64,000 nt of DNA from Escherichia coli phage phiS: sequence record PP449093.1; one strand, written 5' to 3'. A program made the translations under genes and the position numbers. Under the pieces are notes generated by a model. It saw nothing but the letters and a program-made list of their open reading frames with translations, did not search any database and was not told the DNA's origin. Positions 52,091 through 61,024 of this stretch are shown in pieces; positions within the stretch are counted from its first letter, which is position 1; each line of letters begins with the position of its first letter.

Positions 52091-52119
52091 TTGACAACCG
52101 GAATAGGGTATAGCATAAT
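52091..52119 (+). promoter_or_regulatory. early promoter cassette copy 7 (TTGACA-17-CATAAT)
   Basis: Conserved cassette; leader ATCGACAACAAAGGAGAATCAAA ATG. Confidence 0.6.
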
Positions 52120-52148
52120 GCACACATCGACAACAAAGGAGAATCAAA

Positions 52149-52358
52149 ATGATTAATCCAGTAGCCGCAGCACTTGCCCCCGAAGAAACTTTGAAGTATA
52201 TGGTAGAACATGCAGCAAAGAAAGGAGAAATTGTTACTGCCGATGAGATCGTAGAAACCATGCTCCGCGATCCGAAGGGTAACACTGCAAAGTTTTTTGG
52301 TGATCATCTTAAACTGGCTTACAAAACAATTATGGAGACCGTGAAGAATGCAAAATGA
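52149..52358 (+). CDS. hypothetical protein (69 aa)
   Basis: ORF after cassette SD. Confidence 0.55.
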   Translation: MINPVAAALAPEETLKYMVEHAAKKGEIVTADEIVETMLRDPKGNTAKFFGDHLKLAYKTIMETVKNAK

Positions 52359-52686
52359 TGTGATTGAAATTATTATGAATCAATACCGAAACCGGATTTG
52401 GTCTGGACGTATCAAAGAAGAAAAGGCAAAACGGATCATCGAAAAATATGCTGAAAAGACTAAGCAAGCGCCAACGGCTAACAGAGTTATGATTCTTAAA
52501 TGTCTGGTGCTTTCAGGTGACGATATGCCGATTGATGCAGAGACAGCTACCGATTTTCATAAGACCTATCGTCAGTGTGATGTAATTTTTACTTCTGGCT
52601 TCGGTAGTTATGACTCTATTATGTGGAATTTAATGCACCTTGACGCAACGATCTGGGATGTACTTTCAGAGGAGGGTTACAATTGA
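52348..52686 (+). CDS. hypothetical protein (112 aa)
   Basis: Overlapping-start ORF. Confidence 0.5.
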   Translation: MQNDVIEIIMNQYRNRIWSGRIKEEKAKRIIEKYAEKTKQAPTANRVMILKCLVLSGDDMPIDAETATDFHKTYRQCDVIFTSGFGSYDSIMWNLMHLDATIWDVLSEEGYN

Positions 52687-53033
52687 ACATTGATATTCAG
52701 CGATTAATTGATCATATTCACGCGGGAATACCTTATCATGGCGACGTTACCCGCGATATTCTTGATGTGTTGGAATATACCCAGCAAGTGATCAACGAAA
52801 AGCAAGCATTAGAATCACGGATCGACGAGGCAATAGGAAACATTGCAACCGAAGATGAATTAGATAATCACTTTGGACCTGTTCTTGATGCTCTTATGGC
52901 TGCGCGTGATACCAAACTGAAACAGGATAAACAAGAATTTATCCTTGATGGTTTAGCTCGCTATCACAACGCAATTGATATTATGAATAACCAGCATGAT
53001 TATGCTATTAGTGTTTTGCGAGGTCTGGCATGA
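52683..53033 (+). CDS. hypothetical protein (116 aa)
   Basis: ATGA-coupled ORF; helical. Confidence 0.5.
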   Translation: MNIDIQRLIDHIHAGIPYHGDVTRDILDVLEYTQQVINEKQALESRIDEAIGNIATEDELDNHFGPVLDALMAARDTKLKQDKQEFILDGLARYHNAIDIMNNQHDYAISVLRGLA

Positions 53034-53314
53034 AAGACACAAACGGATTTAACAGCATTCAGGTAAGCCCGAATTTTATTGTTCCATCACTGGTGACTAA
53101 GCTGAATGGTCATATGGTCGCTTTGTCTTCCACACCGCCAGAATCAGGAAAGTTTATCACTATCGTAGTTTATGCGGGGCAAATTTTCTCTCATGATTGC
53201 TGCATGAAAAATGATCAGTTGATGGTTGCAAATTATGACTACGGCGACCTTGAATGGGAAGTTTTAGACCTGGCTAAAAGTGCTGAAATTCTGGGCTATA
53301 TTCGATTAATTTAA
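53030..53314 (+). CDS. hypothetical protein (94 aa)
   Basis: ATGA-coupled ORF. Confidence 0.5.
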   Translation: MKDTNGFNSIQVSPNFIVPSLVTKLNGHMVALSSTPPESGKFITIVVYAGQIFSHDCCMKNDQLMVANYDYGDLEWEVLDLAKSAEILGYIRLI

Positions 53315-53332
53315 AATTTTTCTTAGAAAGTG

Positions 53333-53361
53333 TTGACAGCGATCCGGTGTTATTGCACAAT
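53333..53361 (+). promoter_or_regulatory. early promoter cassette copy 8 (TTGACA-17-CACAAT)
   Basis: Conserved cassette; SD AGGAGAATCAACA ATG. Confidence 0.5.
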
Positions 53362-53400
53362 ACACACATCGAAGCACGACACTTTCTAGGAGAATCAACA

Positions 53401-53691
53401 ATGACCACTGAACAATTAATCAAACATATCCGCAGTATTATCTGGGATCTGTCTGGCGATAAAGAGGAACAAGCCGAACGCATTTTAGCTAAACTGTATA
53501 AACGCCGCGATCGTGGAGTATCAGCAAAGAAAGTAGAAACTTTCAAAGAATTGTCTTTCATCGAAGCTAAAAAGGATGGATTAATTTATCAGTTGACAGA
53601 TGGTTACTGGTGCTATGATAATACTCGCTATGACACCTCGACTGATGCATTAAAAGCATGTAATGACCATCTTCGCAAAACTACCATTTGA
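53401..53691 (+). CDS. hypothetical protein (96 aa)
   Basis: ORF trimmed to ATG after cassette SD. Confidence 0.55.
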   Translation: MTTEQLIKHIRSIIWDLSGDKEEQAERILAKLYKRRDRGVSAKKVETFKELSFIEAKKDGLIYQLTDGYWCYDNTRYDTSTDALKACNDHLRKTTI

Positions 53692-53701
53692 GGATTATAT
53701 T

Positions 53702-53899
53702 ATGAAGGTTAAAACATTAGCTGATATGGATGAGATCGAGACTCAAGTACATGCGGCGTTAGTCGGTTATGAGTTTGGTCGATTCCTTAATAAGTTCCAT
53801 GATTATAAATGTTTAAATTGTGGTGCTCATAACGTAATTGGTGCTTGCTGTATTAATCCTGTTATAGTACCATATAAAAGAAATGAAACAGAAGAGTGA
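53702..53899 (+). CDS. small zinc-ribbon-like protein (65 aa)
   Basis: Preceded by GAGGATTATATTATG; CLNCGAHNVIGACC motif. Confidence 0.5.
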   Translation: MKVKTLADMDEIETQVHAALVGYEFGRFLNKFHDYKCLNCGAHNVIGACCINPVIVPYKRNETEE

Positions 53900-53909
53900 G
53901 GAATATAGA

Positions 53910-54128
53910 ATGAAGACCAACGAATCAGTAATACCGCCAGCTTTCGGATATACTCCGGTCGAGATCACAAAATCTAATACTTCTTTCGTGAAAGTGGGAG
54001 AGAAAACGCATATTTCAACTATGCAGGACGGCACACAATATCTATGGTCCGATTTCTGCCAGCGTTACGAGCGTTTATCATGGGCTACCCGCTTATGGTG
54101 TGTTGAGTATAAGGAGATCACAAAATGA
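53910..54128 (+). CDS. hypothetical protein (72 aa)
   Basis: Preceded by GAGGAATATAGAATG. Confidence 0.5.
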   Translation: MKTNESVIPPAFGYTPVEITKSNTSFVKVGEKTHISTMQDGTQYLWSDFCQRYERLSWATRLWCVEYKEITK

Positions 54129-54373
54129 TCGTCGGATACATCCCATATTCAACAACAAAACATATTGTCGGATTCGAAGACATAGAAAAGTCTTGCTTTC
54201 CTCTTAAGGTTGAAGTAGACTTTATTACAGCGAACGGATGGGCTTACGTTACCGTAGAAGAAATGAAGCGCGTAGGATGGGAAAACTGCATTCACCTACC
54301 GCATCTTATCCTAGATGTTCGCGCTGGTGAAATTGATATTGATGGAAAGATCTATGGAGATAATGTAAAATGA
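54125..54373 (+). CDS. hypothetical protein (82 aa)
   Basis: ATGA-coupled ORF. Confidence 0.5.
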   Translation: MIVGYIPYSTTKHIVGFEDIEKSCFPLKVEVDFITANGWAYVTVEEMKRVGWENCIHLPHLILDVRAGEIDIDGKIYGDNVK

Positions 54374-54573
54374 AAATTAAAATTGAAATTTTTGACAATG
54401 GCGGATATTCTTTCATGAAAGGCGTTGAACTTCCTATCATCGTGGAAGGTCGACCGTATGGGCATGATTATCTTGTTGAAACGCAGGAATTACGCAAAGC
54501 TGGCGTACCGATTAAAGGTTATTCTCCTGAGTATAAATGGTGTTTTCTTAGCAAAGAAGCCTGGGAAGTGTAA
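54370..54573 (+). CDS. hypothetical protein, tandem paralog family B member 1
   Basis: MKIKIEIFDNGGYSFMKGVELPIIVEGRP...; paralogous to the following two ORFs. Confidence 0.5.
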   Translation: MKIKIEIFDNGGYSFMKGVELPIIVEGRPYGHDYLVETQELRKAGVPIKGYSPEYKWCFLSKEAWEV

Positions 54574-54630
54574 TTAATTGAGGATTATATTATAAAGATT
54601 GAAATTTTTGGTGATGGCGGATATTCTTTC

Positions 54631-54849
54631 ATGAAAGGTGTTAAACTTCCGATTATTGTTAGAGGAACTCCCTTCTATGATAGTTTCTTGATACCAACAA
54701 GAGAACTACGCAAAGCTGGCGCTTCCTTTGAGGGAATTTATAATGATGATTATGAATGGTGTTTCTTGGATAGGTTTGCCCGTAAAGCAGAAGAAGCACG
54801 AAAAGCATCATTGTTTGCTCGTTTTAATAACTGGTTGAGGAAGCTGTAA
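54631..54849 (+). CDS. hypothetical protein, family B member 2 (start codon unresolved; possible ATA/ATT initiation or N-truncated)
   Basis: Homology to member 1 extends upstream to 54592 where ATA replaces the expected ATG behind an intact GAGGATTATATT SD; first ATG in frame is at 54631. Confidence 0.4.
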   Translation: MKGVKLPIIVRGTPFYDSFLIPTRELRKAGASFEGIYNDDYEWCFLDRFARKAEEARKASLFARFNNWLRKL

Positions 54850-55187
54850 TGAACGAACTGAAAATGTATTTGTTGCTGAATGATTCAGGGTATACCTTCT
54901 TACAAGGTGTCGAACGTGATTCGCGTCCTATTGTATATGGCAAGGGACATCCGACCATTCCTGGGATCATTGTTGTTACGACAACATCACTTCGTCGTGT
55001 GTCGGAAAGCCCATACCTACAAAACGTAAAGCAGGACCGAGAATGGGCTTTCGAGTTAGGTAAAGATCTTGTTGAATGGGTAAACTGTGAAGACAAGAAC
55101 CAACGAAATCATGAAAAGAAGATTGCACGACTTGAACATAGAAGAAAACTTGATGAAATCAAAAACAGGATTCTACAATCAATGTAA
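54849..55187 (+). CDS. hypothetical protein, family B member 3
   Basis: N-terminus LLLNDSGYTFLQGVERD resembles members 1 and 2. Confidence 0.5.
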   Translation: MNELKMYLLLNDSGYTFLQGVERDSRPIVYGKGHPTIPGIIVVTTTSLRRVSESPYLQNVKQDREWAFELGKDLVEWVNCEDKNQRNHEKKIARLEHRRKLDEIKNRILQSM

Positions 55188-55416
55188 CAGAGTATTCATT
55201 GTCCTGATGGAGTCCGAAAACTATCCCGAACTCGCTAAAACGCGTTTTCCGTGCGTTGTTGAAGCATATAAGACAGATGCGCCAGATAAACAGTTTATCG
55301 TGTTAGCGAGCGAAATAGAGCGGTTGGGCGTGATTCCTAAACATGATGAATACGTGTTTCGTAATGTGTACTCTGTACATCATTTTGATGTAGTAGTTAA
55401 TTCACTAATATCATAA
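55153..55416 (+). CDS. hypothetical protein (start uncertain)
   Basis: ORF overlapping the previous gene; candidate starts at 55153 or 55207. Confidence 0.35.
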   Translation: MKSKTGFYNQCNRVFIVLMESENYPELAKTRFPCVVEAYKTDAPDKQFIVLASEIERLGVIPKHDEYVFRNVYSVHHFDVVVNSLIS

Positions 55417-55424
55417 AAAAGTTG

Positions 55425-55453
55425 TTGACAGGGGATCGCGTATCCCCTATACT
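55425..55453 (+). promoter_or_regulatory. early promoter cassette copy 9 (TTGACA-17-TATACT) with GGGGAT/ATCCCC palindrome
   Basis: TTGACAGGGGATCGCGTATCCCCTATACT then conserved leader. Confidence 0.6.
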
Positions 55454-55495
55454 ACACACATCAAAACGAAACACACTTTCTTAAGGAGAATCAAA

Positions 55496-55774
55496 ATGAG
55501 CAACCTTTCTTTCGCTAAAGTAGAAATTTCCAAAACTCGTGGTGGTATCAAAATCAAAACTTCCAATATCACGTCCTGCCGTGGTTGCGACCAGTTTGCT
55601 CGTGACCTGGCTGTTAAGCTGGGTATTAAAACCTTTACCGTTGAGAGCGGATCTAACTGGACCACTCTGATTGTTACTGCCGCTTGGATCAATGGCGAGT
55701 ATGTGGAAAAAGCATACTTTGACATTTTCTATGACTACGAAGAAAAATGCTTTTATGCACTGCAAGACATGTAA
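55496..55774 (+). CDS. hypothetical protein (92 aa)
   Basis: ORF after cassette SD. Confidence 0.55.
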   Translation: MSNLSFAKVEISKTRGGIKIKTSNITSCRGCDQFARDLAVKLGIKTFTVESGSNWTTLIVTAAWINGEYVEKAYFDIFYDYEEKCFYALQDM

Positions 55775-55783
55775 GGAGGTATT

Positions 55784-56080
55784 ATGGATTTAAACGCGTT
55801 AGGCAGAAATCTTTCTATCTGGGCGGTAGGTGCAATGATCTCGTATCTTGTATTCTGCTTGTATGCCAGATTCGACAAGGACACTAAAGAGGTCGATACA
55901 GGAGCATTTTGTATTGCTGCGATCGTCTGGCCTATAACGTGGATTATTGTAGAAATTGTCATGATCTATAAAGGATTGAAATGTTTTGGTTTATCAATTG
56001 CTGGTAAGCCGGAAGCTAAACCGCGCACGCATAAAGGATTCAGCCCAAAACAGGAAGATGGCGGTCGATATAAACCGTAA
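55784..56080 (+). CDS. membrane protein (98 aa)
   Basis: SD AAGGAGG; two hydrophobic segments. Confidence 0.5.
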   Translation: MDLNALGRNLSIWAVGAMISYLVFCLYARFDKDTKEVDTGAFCIAAIVWPITWIIVEIVMIYKGLKCFGLSIAGKPEAKPRTHKGFSPKQEDGGRYKP

Positions 56081-56098
56081 GAAGATTTTTAAAAACTG

Positions 56099-56127
56099 TT
56101 GACATGAAAATGTGGTTATCCTATAAT
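56099..56127 (+). promoter_or_regulatory. early promoter (TTGACA-17-TATAAT)
   Basis: Consensus -35 and -10 with 17-nt spacer; followed by GTGAGGAATATATTATG. Confidence 0.6.
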
Positions 56128-56161
56128 AGCCGCATCAAATGAACGATGTGAGGAATATATT

Positions 56162-56470
56162 ATGTTTATCTCTTCTGATACTCCAGTTAAAGTTTACGGC
56201 GAAACTGTATATCTTCCGGCTGGCTATCGCTATGTTATCGTTGACCGTTACGGTGATGTATATGCTTTTAAAGGTCGTCCGGTTGAGATTGATGCTGAAT
56301 ATTGTACATGGGGATATAAAGCCGCTTACATGGATATTCCTGATTTGGGAGTACGCTTAGGAAGATTTGATAATGATGTTAAACCATGCTTGATTAAGTA
56401 TGCATCCTATGGTAAAACTGTTAAACCAAATAGCGTCGGCTGGATTGATGACGGCGTTAACGTGAAATAA
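56162..56470 (+). CDS. hypothetical protein (102 aa)
   Basis: ORF after promoter. Confidence 0.55.
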   Translation: MFISSDTPVKVYGETVYLPAGYRYVIVDRYGDVYAFKGRPVEIDAEYCTWGYKAAYMDIPDLGVRLGRFDNDVKPCLIKYASYGKTVKPNSVGWIDDGVNVK

Positions 56471-56484
56471 TGTGAGGTGAATTT

Positions 56485-56778
56485 ATGCTGTCTACTCGTA
56501 AAATGGTTGTTGGTGTCGCTGAAAATGCTTTAGAAATCGCTGATGAGGCTTTGACCGTCGCTTATGTTCGACGTGAAGAACTGCTACTGAAACACGCGGA
56601 CCTGTTGGTTGAACTGAAAGAGACTATGAAAGCGGGTAAAAGCAGCACGGCAATTGCCATTAAACTTTCTGATAGTGAAGATGAGATCGTGGAGATCCAC
56701 ACTAAGATCAAGGAAGTAGAAAAATACTCTGAAATGCTGCGACACAATCTTGATGAATTGGGGGTAAATCATGGCTAA
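56485..56778 (+). CDS. hypothetical helical protein (97 aa)
   Basis: ORF with SD GAGGTG. Confidence 0.5.
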   Translation: MLSTRKMVVGVAENALEIADEALTVAYVRREELLLKHADLLVELKETMKAGKSSTAIAIKLSDSEDEIVEIHTKIKEVEKYSEMLRHNLDELGVNHG

Positions 56779-56992
56779 GTTACGATCTGGACGAGTTTTA
56801 ACGCTGGCTGAACTGAGAGAAAAAGGATTAGACCCTGATTCTGTAGGTATTAGACCTATTAATTACATTCTGTTTCTAGAGGGTAAACACTTTACTAATG
56901 CTCATCCAGCATTGAATGCACCACATTTTTATAAGTGTAATGACTTTAACGGGTATATCGTTCCAGAATATTTCTTAGACTTTGATGATTAG
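56771..56992 (+). CDS. hypothetical protein (73 aa)
   Basis: Overlapping-start ORF. Confidence 0.45.
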   Translation: MAKLRSGRVLTLAELREKGLDPDSVGIRPINYILFLEGKHFTNAHPALNAPHFYKCNDFNGYIVPEYFLDFDD

Positions 56993-57278
56993 TATAAAAC
57001 ACTCACCGACCGGAAAGGGGTCGGTGATCTTCAATGATGATAAACCGTTAATCTTAATTCGAAATGGTGACTGGACATTACATGATACCCGTGTTACTAT
57101 CCATTCACCGCCTAAAGAGATTCAACGGGAATTGGTTAGGATCGCCCTAACCGATAAGCATAAAGAGGCGGTAGGCTATTCTCTTCTGAAATTAGGTGTT
57201 GACTTTCCTTTCGAGTATACGCTAACATTCAGAGAGCAGTCAGTGAAGCTAACAGAGATTCTATTCTCTGAGATATGA
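56982..57278 (+). CDS. hypothetical protein (98 aa)
   Basis: Overlapping-start ORF. Confidence 0.45.
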   Translation: MMISIKHSPTGKGSVIFNDDKPLILIRNGDWTLHDTRVTIHSPPKEIQRELVRIALTDKHKEAVGYSLLKLGVDFPFEYTLTFREQSVKLTEILFSEI

Positions 57279-57288
57279 GGATTATATA

Positions 57289-57720
57289 ATGGTTTATCCA
57301 ACTCCTAGTAAGATTTACATTGATGATACCCATTTTATGGTTGATATGATGGGTATAAAGTTTAGTGGTATTGTTAAAATTGTAGAATGGGAATTGCACG
57401 GTCAACCTGTCACTGACTATGACCATTACATTCCTTTTTTGGGTGATGACAATTTTGTCTCGTTTGACCATGAAGGTTACATGATCTTTGAACAGTCTGA
57501 CGTACCAACCTATCTGGCAATGATGCAAATTCCTACGAAGGTTTCTGTTGCTGAGGGTGATTGCGATTGCTGCGGTTGGTATAGTGTAACAGATATTAAG
57601 TTGCCATCCGGTAAAGAACTCTATAACGAAGACCATTTTGGAAACTGCAACTTTCCGTGTGATTGGGATGAATTTTTCGAACTGGTAGAAACTGAAAGAA
57701 CTTATTTAAGGAAGGGATAA
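57289..57720 (+). CDS. hypothetical Cys-rich protein (143 aa)
   Basis: Preceded by GAGGATTATATAATG; CDCCGW...CNFPCDW. Confidence 0.5.
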   Translation: MVYPTPSKIYIDDTHFMVDMMGIKFSGIVKIVEWELHGQPVTDYDHYIPFLGDDNFVSFDHEGYMIFEQSDVPTYLAMMQIPTKVSVAEGDCDCCGWYSVTDIKLPSGKELYNEDHFGNCNFPCDWDEFFELVETERTYLRKG

Positions 57721-58490
57721 TGAAGAAAGCATTAGGTTTAATTCCCTATACTGGCAATAAGGAAAAGTTATTGCCAGGTGTTAGTAAGTATTTCCCTAAG
57801 CACTACAACCGCTTTGTTGATGCCTTTTGTGGTGGTTTGAGCGTGTCTCTGTATGTTGAAGGTGATGTGCTGGCTAATGACTATGATCACCGTTTAATTG
57901 ACGCTTACAAGGCCATTGATGCGTGTCCTGAACCAGTTTCTACGATCAAGCGGATTATTGCCGAGAATGGTTTGTCTCGCGATGATAAAGATGCTTACAT
58001 GGCATTCCGTAAGAAGTATAACGAGAATCCAGATCCGCTATCTCTGTTTGTTCTGATCCAGCATAGTTTTAGCAACATTAACCGCCATAACCGGAAGGGC
58101 GAATTTAATGCTAACTTTGGTCGCCGGACTTTTAACGAAAATGCGGTAGAGCGTGTCCTGAATTTTAAAGAAGAAAACAAAGACGGTCGAATCAATTTTA
58201 CTTCTGGACGATATGACGAGATCGAGATCTTGCCGGATGATTTCGTTTTCCTTGATCCGCCATATTGGATCACGTCGGCAGAATATAATAAGTTCTGGAG
58301 TGAAGAAGAAGAGATTAAATTCTACATGTGGATAGAATCATTAATGTCTAGCGGTGCTAAGTTTGGATTAAGCAATGTTACTCACCACAAAGGGAAAGTT
58401 AACAACCATCTGCTCGATTTTATCGAACGTAATGATGTTTCTGTTGTTGAACTGGATAAAACATATTGTTTAGATCGTAGCGGGGGGTAA
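57720..58490 (+). CDS. dam: DNA adenine methyltransferase (Dam)
   Basis: Blocks YTGNKEKLLP, NRFVDAFCGGLSVSL and DPPY closely resemble recalled T4 Dam. Confidence 0.85.
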   Translation: MKKALGLIPYTGNKEKLLPGVSKYFPKHYNRFVDAFCGGLSVSLYVEGDVLANDYDHRLIDAYKAIDACPEPVSTIKRIIAENGLSRDDKDAYMAFRKKYNENPDPLSLFVLIQHSFSNINRHNRKGEFNANFGRRTFNENAVERVLNFKEENKDGRINFTSGRYDEIEILPDDFVFLDPPYWITSAEYNKFWSEEEEIKFYMWIESLMSSGAKFGLSNVTHHKGKVNNHLLDFIERNDVSVVELDKTYCLDRSGG

Positions 58491-58513
58491 AAAATCCGAT
58501 ACTAAGGAAGTTT

Positions 58514-59269
58514 ATGTCACCAATGTTAAAATATGAGGTTATACACAAGACTCCAGAAGATAAACGTTTATATGATTTATATCATTCACGGTTTTATTAT
58601 GATGATGGTTTTCTTAGGTGGAAGATTCACCCGCACCGAAAAGGTGTTATAAACGGATTAGCTGGAAGTGATACCCCCGATGGGTATCGTATTGTATGGA
58701 CTGGCGAGCGATACGAACGTATGCACCGTGTTATCTATCATATGTTTCATGGTCATTGTCCTAAGTATATAGATCATAAAGACCGAGATCGTTATAATAG
58801 CCGCATTGAAAACCTTAGAGAGACGACAAGCAAACAAAATAATATGAATATGAGCAAGACCAAATGCAAAACATATTCGAAGTATAAAGGTGTGTCGTTT
58901 AATAAGAATAAAGGTTATTGGACTGGTGCAATAATGTTGGATGGGAAGTCGATACATTTAGGATATTTTCCCTCTGAGATCGGTGCGGCGTATGCATATA
59001 ATCTTGCAGCGTTGAAACATTTTGGTGATAGGTCTTGTATAAACGAGATTGATGATATAGAATATGCAAAGTCTGAATATGACAAGAAGCTCCAAAAAGC
59101 AGCAAGTTCCCGTCATAGATACGTTTACAAAGTACCAAAACAAGGTAATTACGGTGCTAAAGTTCGCGGTGTGTATATAGGAAGATTTGACACAGAATAT
59201 GATGCGGCACGGGCAGTTAATGCCTATATTATTGAAAATGAACTTGATATAGAACTGAATGAGGTATAA
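58514..59269 (+). CDS. HNH homing endonuclease with two AP2-like domains
   Basis: HNH motif IDHKDRDRYNSRIENLRETTSKQN; AP2-like YKGVSF...GYWTGAIMLDGKSIHLGYF...AAYAYNLAALKHFG and a second AP2-like repeat. Confidence 0.75.
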   Translation: MSPMLKYEVIHKTPEDKRLYDLYHSRFYYDDGFLRWKIHPHRKGVINGLAGSDTPDGYRIVWTGERYERMHRVIYHMFHGHCPKYIDHKDRDRYNSRIENLRETTSKQNNMNMSKTKCKTYSKYKGVSFNKNKGYWTGAIMLDGKSIHLGYFPSEIGAAYAYNLAALKHFGDRSCINEIDDIEYAKSEYDKKLQKAASSRHRYVYKVPKQGNYGAKVRGVYIGRFDTEYDAARAVNAYIIENELDIELNEV

Positions 59270-59270
59270 T

Positions 59271-59552
59271 ATGGTAGAAATTTTTGGTTTTGAAGGTTAC
59301 AACTGTAAGTATTGCCAGAATGCAAAGCGCCTTTGTGAAGCGCGTAAGATCCCTTACATCTACATTCCGGTTAATGATGGTGTGGACGAAAACGGTCGTC
59401 CGGTAAAGATTGATTCTATCATTGCCGACATTCAGGATCGCGCAGGGGTAGAAGTTATTGCCACCATGCCGCAGATTTTCTATAATGGTGATTATATTGG
59501 TGGTTTTGATGAGTTCCGTTCCTTTGTAGTCAAAAACAAGATTAATGGTTAA
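59271..59552 (+). CDS. nrdC: glutaredoxin-like thioredoxin NrdC
   Basis: MVEIFGFEGYNCKYCQNAKRL...MPQIFYNGDYIGGFDEF resembles recalled T4 NrdC including the CxxC redox motif. Confidence 0.85.
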   Translation: MVEIFGFEGYNCKYCQNAKRLCEARKIPYIYIPVNDGVDENGRPVKIDSIIADIQDRAGVEVIATMPQIFYNGDYIGGFDEFRSFVVKNKING

Positions 59553-59576
59553 ATACCTTCTTTGGAGGGTGAATTT

Positions 59577-60050
59577 ATGTTACTGACTGCTAAGAGTGCT
59601 AAAGAGTACAAACAAGAACTATTCGAAAAACAGGGGGGCATTTGCCCCCTTTGTCAAATGCCACTTTTTGAGGATATGAGCAAAAACCATCTTGACCACG
59701 ACCACGATCTAGATGGGAAAGGGCAAGGCCGAGTAAGGGGATTGCTTCATTCGTGTTGCAACCGCCTAGAAGGATCGTTGACCGGAGACTTTAAACGGTT
59801 TGGTGTTGGTGCTTTAGGTGCTGACTTCGTTGTTTGGGCTACAAACTATGTTAATTACATCAAAGGAGACTACACCAACAATCATTTACATCCTCAATAT
59901 GCTGTTGATAAAGTAAAACGATTTTCACGCTTGACACGCGCGGAGATGGTTGCTATTATGGACGCAGAAGGTTTCGATTACTGCGACGCTGATACACGAG
60001 AAGAGATCACGAAGAAGTATAAGAAACAATTTATACAAAGATTAAGATAG
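59577..60050 (+). CDS. 49: endonuclease VII (Holliday junction resolvase, gene 49)
   Basis: MLLTAKSAKEYKQELFEKQGGICPLCQ...NHLDHDHDLDG...VRGLLHSCCN resembles recalled T4 endo VII. Confidence 0.85.
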   Translation: MLLTAKSAKEYKQELFEKQGGICPLCQMPLFEDMSKNHLDHDHDLDGKGQGRVRGLLHSCCNRLEGSLTGDFKRFGVGALGADFVVWATNYVNYIKGDYTNNHLHPQYAVDKVKRFSRLTRAEMVAIMDAEGFDYCDADTREEITKKYKKQFIQRLR

Positions 60051-60053
60051 TAG

Positions 60054-60082
60054 TTGACAATAAGAAATGGGAGTAGTAAAAT
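60054..60082 (+). promoter_or_regulatory. early promoter cassette copy 11 (TTGACA-17-TAAAAT) with GGGAGTA/TACTCCC palindrome
   Basis: TTGACAATAAGAAATGGGAGTAGTAAAATACTCCC then SD AGGAGAATCAACA ATG. Confidence 0.6.
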
Positions 60083-60113
60083 ACTCCCATCTAATCAAGA
60101 AGGAGAATCAACA

Positions 60114-60386
60114 ATGCGTAAGATGTTTAAATCCGGTGTGGCCTATGTTTTTAAATCTGAGCAAGCACATAAAGACTTCTTAGATGATGAATACGAAGGG
60201 GTGAAAGATACCTACGAAGTCATCAAGAATGGGTTTACTGTTCTTAAAGTGTCACCTGTTGGTTATGTAAGTGAAATCTCAGTTGATGGGAAAACATACA
60301 CCGCTAAAGACTTTGATCCGCGTTGGGAATTTATGCTGCTTCCGTGTGAGCGCATTCTGTTCCGTGCTGTTCAATTAGTGAAATGA
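60114..60386 (+). CDS. hypothetical protein, one-module member of paralog family C
   Basis: MRKMFKSGVAYVFKSEQAHKDF...NGFTVLKV...VDGKTYTAKDF...W; module shared with the next two ORFs. Confidence 0.55.
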   Translation: MRKMFKSGVAYVFKSEQAHKDFLDDEYEGVKDTYEVIKNGFTVLKVSPVGYVSEISVDGKTYTAKDFDPRWEFMLLPCERILFRAVQLVK

Positions 60387-60400
60387 TAGAGGATTATATT

Positions 60401-60961
60401 ATGGTACAGAAAACGTATAAATTGTATCCGGCTAAGTCTTCAAATGATGCTGTTTTTGAACGAGGTCGTTATTACACTTTCCGTAATGCTGAGTCCGCAG
60501 AGGAATTTGTTAAACGCTATCCACAACATAACAAGTTCCTGTATGGTGTGCTTCACAAGGGCTTTAAAGTTCTGACTGTTAATGTTATGGGTAAAGTGTA
60601 TTTGGTAGAAACTCATGATTATGAGGGCGCGTCAATCATGATTGATGCCAGCGAGCGCAAATACTTTAAGCGTATCACTAAAAAGCAGTTTGAAGAAATG
60701 AAGCCAGTTAAGAAAGAAGAATCGCTGGAAGATCTGATTAACTTGTTTGCGAAGTCTTCTTTGGTATCATTGACGCTGGAAGATTTTAGCGTTGATAATC
60801 AGCTATACTTTAAAAATGCCGATGACCTGAAAGATTTTTTGATTGAGAATAAACCTAAGCTAGAAACCTATATCAAAGGTGAGATTAAGCGCATGGAACA
60901 TCAAGCAAAATATAGCGCAGATAAAGTAGCTGAACTGAAAGAGATCCAAAAGTCACTTTAA
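60401..60961 (+). CDS. hypothetical protein, family C (one N-terminal module plus coiled-coil tail)
   Basis: Preceded by GAGGATTATATTATG; N-terminal module and C-terminal tail LKDFLIENKPKLETYIKGEIKRMEHQ paralogous to 61025-62203. Confidence 0.55.
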   Translation: MVQKTYKLYPAKSSNDAVFERGRYYTFRNAESAEEFVKRYPQHNKFLYGVLHKGFKVLTVNVMGKVYLVETHDYEGASIMIDASERKYFKRITKKQFEEMKPVKKEESLEDLINLFAKSSLVSLTLEDFSVDNQLYFKNADDLKDFLIENKPKLETYIKGEIKRMEHQAKYSADKVAELKEIQKSL

Positions 60962-60964
60962 CGC

Positions 60965-60993
60965 TTGACATGATGAAACGGGAGTAGTAAGAT
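60965..60993 (+). promoter_or_regulatory. early promoter cassette copy 12 (TTGACA-17-TAAGAT) with GGGAGTA/TACTCCC palindrome
   Basis: Near-identical to copy 11. Confidence 0.6.
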
Positions 60994-61024
60994 ACTCCCA
61001 TCTAAACAACGAGAGGATTATATT

